The position numbers and the translations under genes were made by a program. From Fistulifera solaris (lineage: Eukaryota), in contig AP026136.1 of assembly GCA_030295235.1 (NCBI GenBank), positions 1,054,001 through 1,118,000 of the forward strand: DNA of 64,000 nucleotides. The letters are read 5' to 3'. Positions within the stretch are counted from its first letter, which is position 1; every line of letters begins with the position of its first letter. This document shows positions 60,156 through 64,000 of this stretch, piece after piece. The notes beneath the pieces are model-generated. The model searched no databases, was not told where the DNA came from, and worked only from the letters and a program-made list of their open reading frames with translations.

Positions 60156-61223
60156 TTAAGATTCTTTGTCGTTTAACATCTCGTCTATTTCAGCAAAGAC
60201 AGCTGATGCTCGTGTCATCATGTTCTTTTGCTTGTTTTCTGGTAATTTTGCAAGTATATCCTGTTTCATCAACCAGATATCTCGTAAGATCAAAGTCTCA
60301 TATTGACCCGTCAACGGGACAAGCACGCGACGAAAAATGACTTCCGCTCCATCAAACATGGGCAGCGCTAAGTACAGCGTAGCAAAGACGCAAAGACTGT
60401 AAAACCCGCGAATATGACCGACAAAGTTTTCCAAATAGTCCATCGCAACAAAGAGTAACATGTAGGTTGCCCAATACGTCAACCATTTTGTAACCATCAA
60501 GCTCTCGGTAGTAACAGTCGCCAGCTTTCGAGTTTTACCAGCGATATTGTCCGCTTGCATGCCCAAGGCAACAATCGAGGCAGCCAAAGGATATGCTGTT
60601 CCGACGGCAATCACAATGAATCTTCGCTGCTCTTCGGGTAACCACGTAAACAAATACCAAACGGTCCAAAGATATGACGTATTGACTAAAGAAAGAAGTA
60701 GCTGAATCCAACCCTGCATTTTGATCGCCAGTTTTTGGGCAATTGGTGTCAGATACGGCTTGGTAATCGAGTCGTACACGACAGCTGCTCCATTGGTGAA
60801 GGGCAAAACAAGCCACAGAACCGTAAATAGTTCAAATTCATACCAGTGCTCTCCGGCTTGAGGGAGATACACCGTGATATTGTCCATGAACTCGGTCAAG
60901 AAGGAAAGACTACCCCAAGTGATCCAATATTGCAACCACACCTCGTCGTCTCTAAAACTGACTGTGCAGAGAGCCACAATACTATTGTATACGGGAAGAA
61001 TAGTACCAACAAGTAGAACCCCACCAGGAGAGAATAATTCATCTTGAATCCAGTCGGGAATCAGTAAACGACAAATGGCGGCAGTGATAGCTGCGTACAC
61101 GGGATGAACCCAAAGAGGTGGCTTCCTCCAACGAGGGATGCGTTGTAGAACGACGCTCAATAGCACAATCGTCACAAGCGCCGCGCCATAGAGAGCCCAT
61201 TTTTCCACAGAGAGTTCCTTCAT
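60156..61223 (-). CDS. TB2/DP1/HVA22 (REEP/Yop1) protein with two tandem domains
   Basis: VGTILPVYNS..WLQYW..WLVLPFTNGA..VY and VGTAYPLAAS..WLTYW..YLALPMFDGA..IF. Confidence 0.88.
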   Translation of the reverse strand: MKELSVEKWALYGAALVTIVLLSVVLQRIPRWRKPPLWVHPVYAAITAAICRLLIPDWIQDELFSPGGVLLVGTILPVYNSIVALCTVSFRDDEVWLQYWITWGSLSFLTEFMDNITVYLPQAGEHWYEFELFTVLWLVLPFTNGAAVVYDSITKPYLTPIAQKLAIKMQGWIQLLLSLVNTSYLWTVWYLFTWLPEEQRRFIVIAVGTAYPLAASIVALGMQADNIAGKTRKLATVTTESLMVTKWLTYWATYMLLFVAMDYLENFVGHIRGFYSLCVFATLYLALPMFDGAEVIFRRVLVPLTGQYETLILRDIWLMKQDILAKLPENKQKNMMTRASAVFAEIDEMLNDKES

Positions 61224-61641
61224 TGTACACACAATTAATTGAATGGATGGAATAAACACTAAATGAAATATTGCCCAAATAAACTGTTTTCTGTACGGGT
61301 GTGAAAGAAAAAAAGAAAAAGATTTGCGTTCACCAAAAGTTCATCTTTGCAAGAACACGTTTCGGGCGGCAGTTCACACCGGTACCAATCACGAACTTTT
61401 ACAATCAAAGTACGACACGAGACACGATCGTTGAGTTTCCTTCCAAATTTCCGGCTGCAACGCTCATCGGTTTCCGAAGACTATCTCGTAAACTGTAGAC
61501 GGGACGTTCCGCACCATTTTTTGAAAACAGAAACTGCACCGACTCGCATTTCTTGGCAATCCTTCGGTCAAAGCAGCCCCCTGTAAACCACTAACGGTGA
61601 ACCAAAGAAACAAACCTATCACTTTGTAAACGAAAGACACC

Positions 61642-63213
61642 ATGAGACAGTCTTGGCCAGAGCAACAGTCTTATTACGACGACCGGGATGGTCTCCACCG
61701 AACCGATGGAGGACTAGGACATCCTCCGTCGGCTTTTTCGGACATTCCCTCCCACATGAGCCAAGAGTTTGATCCATCGCCCTACCACGATGATCCCTAT
61801 ATGATGACTTCAACGAGTAGTCGACCTTTGCGCAGTAGACGAAGCATGTTATTGGTAGTCGGTGGAATCCTTCTTGTGGTGATTGTGATTATTATCGGCG
61901 TCAGCGCAGCTGGGCACGGACCAGGGGCACTCGCTCCTTTGAAGAGACACCACGAGAAGTCTGGTATGGAAGATCCAGACCAACCGGTGTATGGAACAAC
62001 AAAGAATGGCCCCAAACCCCCCAAAGTTGAAGTTTCGACAGAGGTGGTAAATGATAACCGTGACGAATTTGGAACGACGCTTGTTTCCCTCTACGACAAG
62101 TACGACTTGGATTGGGCTACTCTTTCCGACGCTGAATCCCCTCAAAGCAAATCGCTACTTTCTGTGACTGGTGCAGCGACATACGAAGGTATGGCGACTG
62201 CCAAGAAGGTTCAGCGTTACGCTCTGGGTGTTTTCTACTATTCGACATTCATGCGCGCACATGCCGAGTGGACCGACCCTACCGATTGGGTGTCTTCTCA
62301 TGGGTGGTTGACTTCCGCAGATGAGTGCGAATGGGAGGGTATTGTTTGCGATAGTGCAACTGGAAAAGTCACCGGTATTCTACTGTCCAAACATGCGCTC
62401 TCTGGTTATCTTCCTCTCGAGCTTGCTCTTTTGGACCAATTGCAGGAGCTCGATCTCGCAAGTAACTTTATTCATATGACTGAAAGTGAGCACCATGGAC
62501 TCCGTGTCTTTGGCATGCTCCCGAAGCTTGTCAAACTTCAAATGGACGACAACTACGTAATGACGGAAGGAACTGGTCTCCCCTCTAGCTTTTCGAAATT
62601 GACCAATCTGGAGCGCCTGTCTATGTCTTACAATCTTTTACAGGGAAACATCGATGGTGCTGTCGTGTCACAGATGCAAAAGTTGACTCATTTGGAGATT
62701 GAATCAAACTATCTTTCGGGAGAAATCCCTGTCGAGCTTGGTCAGCTTCCGAATCTCTTCTACCTTTACTTGCGCCGCAACGCACTCACTATCGACCTGA
62801 CTGAACTTTTTGTAAACCAGGTCGGTTCGTACAAGGAGATCTTCTCTCTCTGGCTTGATGACAACATCATTTCTGGCACTATTCCACCGGCCATCGGCCG
62901 CTTGACCGGACTAGCGAGTTTGAGCATTACGAACACGACACTTGGCGGTTCTATCCCTTCCGAGATCGGGAACCTCTTTGACTTGCAAAGGCTCTGGCTT
63001 TATTCGAATGATCTCACAGGCAAGCTTCCGGATACACTTTCAAGCTTGGTGAACCTTCAAGTCCTCGAGATCTATAACAATGAAATAACGGGAAAAGTAC
63101 CAGAAGCAGTCTGTAATGCCGTTCAAACCGCCGATTACGATTTCCGTTCGATGATGGTGGATTGCAGTATGATCGAGTGCCCCGTGGGTACTTGCTGTAC
63201 AGAGTGTTACTAA
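61642..63213 (+). CDS. Type II membrane leucine-rich-repeat protein
   Basis: TM helix, SPQ..A..QRYAL..FYYST..W..EC.W.GI.C cap, plant-type LxxLxLxxNxLxGxIP repeats, C-terminal CCTEC. Confidence 0.92.
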   Translation: MRQSWPEQQSYYDDRDGLHRTDGGLGHPPSAFSDIPSHMSQEFDPSPYHDDPYMMTSTSSRPLRSRRSMLLVVGGILLVVIVIIIGVSAAGHGPGALAPLKRHHEKSGMEDPDQPVYGTTKNGPKPPKVEVSTEVVNDNRDEFGTTLVSLYDKYDLDWATLSDAESPQSKSLLSVTGAATYEGMATAKKVQRYALGVFYYSTFMRAHAEWTDPTDWVSSHGWLTSADECEWEGIVCDSATGKVTGILLSKHALSGYLPLELALLDQLQELDLASNFIHMTESEHHGLRVFGMLPKLVKLQMDDNYVMTEGTGLPSSFSKLTNLERLSMSYNLLQGNIDGAVVSQMQKLTHLEIESNYLSGEIPVELGQLPNLFYLYLRRNALTIDLTELFVNQVGSYKEIFSLWLDDNIISGTIPPAIGRLTGLASLSITNTTLGGSIPSEIGNLFDLQRLWLYSNDLTGKLPDTLSSLVNLQVLEIYNNEITGKVPEAVCNAVQTADYDFRSMMVDCSMIECPVGTCCTECY

Positions 63214-63334
63214 ATCGGCTCTGTTTGAAAAGCATATCAAATTTTAGTTTTTCTTTATAAACAATAAACTAATTATCAGGAAACAGCTGCTTGCTTTTGT
63301 TAGCTAGCGTGGACAGCTATCTCTTTGTTGCGAG

Positions 63335-64000
63335 CTAGAAAATGTTGTGTGTTGGTGTATGCAAGAAACGTCTACAACCATGACGCATCTGGTACCGGTA
63401 CTTCCTCTGGTGGAATCTCTCCGCGCCGCTGACTCTGTCCTCCTTTTGACGCCGAACAATGGGATACAAAATGTCTTTTGCAAATCGCTGTAAAATATAC
63501 CCGGAAAGACCCCAAACGACATCCGGACCACCCGTAAATATAGGGGCAAATCCATCTCGGTGGATCCACAAAGATCGATCTAATAAATTTGAAAGAGGCA
63601 CTGTGAATACTTGCGCTACTTCCTCTGCATTTGGCAGTAAATGCTCGGGCAGCTCACCCCAATAGCATACCACCGGAGTGACCTGGAGGTACCATTAAAG
63701 TGTGAGAATCGCCTTTTCACACGTTGTTATCTTGTATGACGCACGATTAATACAGCAGTGAATACTCACCGCAATGTTCACAAGATGTTGTATATCGCCC
63801 CAGTTACACCGTAAAACACCCAATACATCGACAGGTTCATCCGGTAATCCATTGATTTCTTCTTTCATCTCACGTAGGCACGTACTCACAATACTCGGAT
63901 CTTGAACATCACACACCATTCCACCCGGCAGAGCAACTTCATCGGGATATGATCGTAAATGCGACGCCCGCTTCTCCAATAAAATACAAGGGACTCCATC
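63335..64000 (-). CDS. Nudix CoA pyrophosphatase (NUDT7/NUDT8/PCD1-like), 5' end outside window; intron 63683-63769
   Basis: LEKRASHLRSYPDEVALPGG, CLREMKEE, NAEEVAQVFTVPL, VVWGLSGYIL. Confidence 0.88.

Overview
Gene-dense eukaryotic nuclear DNA: short GT-AG introns of about 55-100 nt, diatom-type bipartite plastid-targeting leaders and a urea-cycle arginase. It is most consistent with a pennate diatom (inference). It holds about 33 host genes, including a cyclophilin, DHX29/57-like helicase, PPR protein, arginase, SAP/THO1 protein, kinase, EME1, SLC10A7-like transporter, NadA, two Nudix hydrolases, 14-3-3, and MOSC, SET, REEP/HVA22 and LRR proteins. Many genes carry single-base frameshifts at homopolymers, probably consensus errors. 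The highlight is a complete 5,794-bp PIF/Harbinger-superfamily DNA transposon at 35532-41325, delimited by 14-bp imperfect TIRs and a CTG target-site duplication inside the palindromic target TACCWGGTA. It has arrays of 20-bp hairpin palindromes about 175 bp inside each end. It carries four genes instead of the canonical two: an intact DDE transposase, a putative Myb/SANT-like partner with a possible alpha-crystallin-like domain, a long coiled-coil protein and a 179-aa basic protein with an internal duplication. Other signals: four unoccupied intergenic copies of the target palindrome, a dense field of 7-8-bp tandem micro-duplications beside the element, and a conserved GACTG-N5-CAGTCATGAAT element recurring in divergent promoters.
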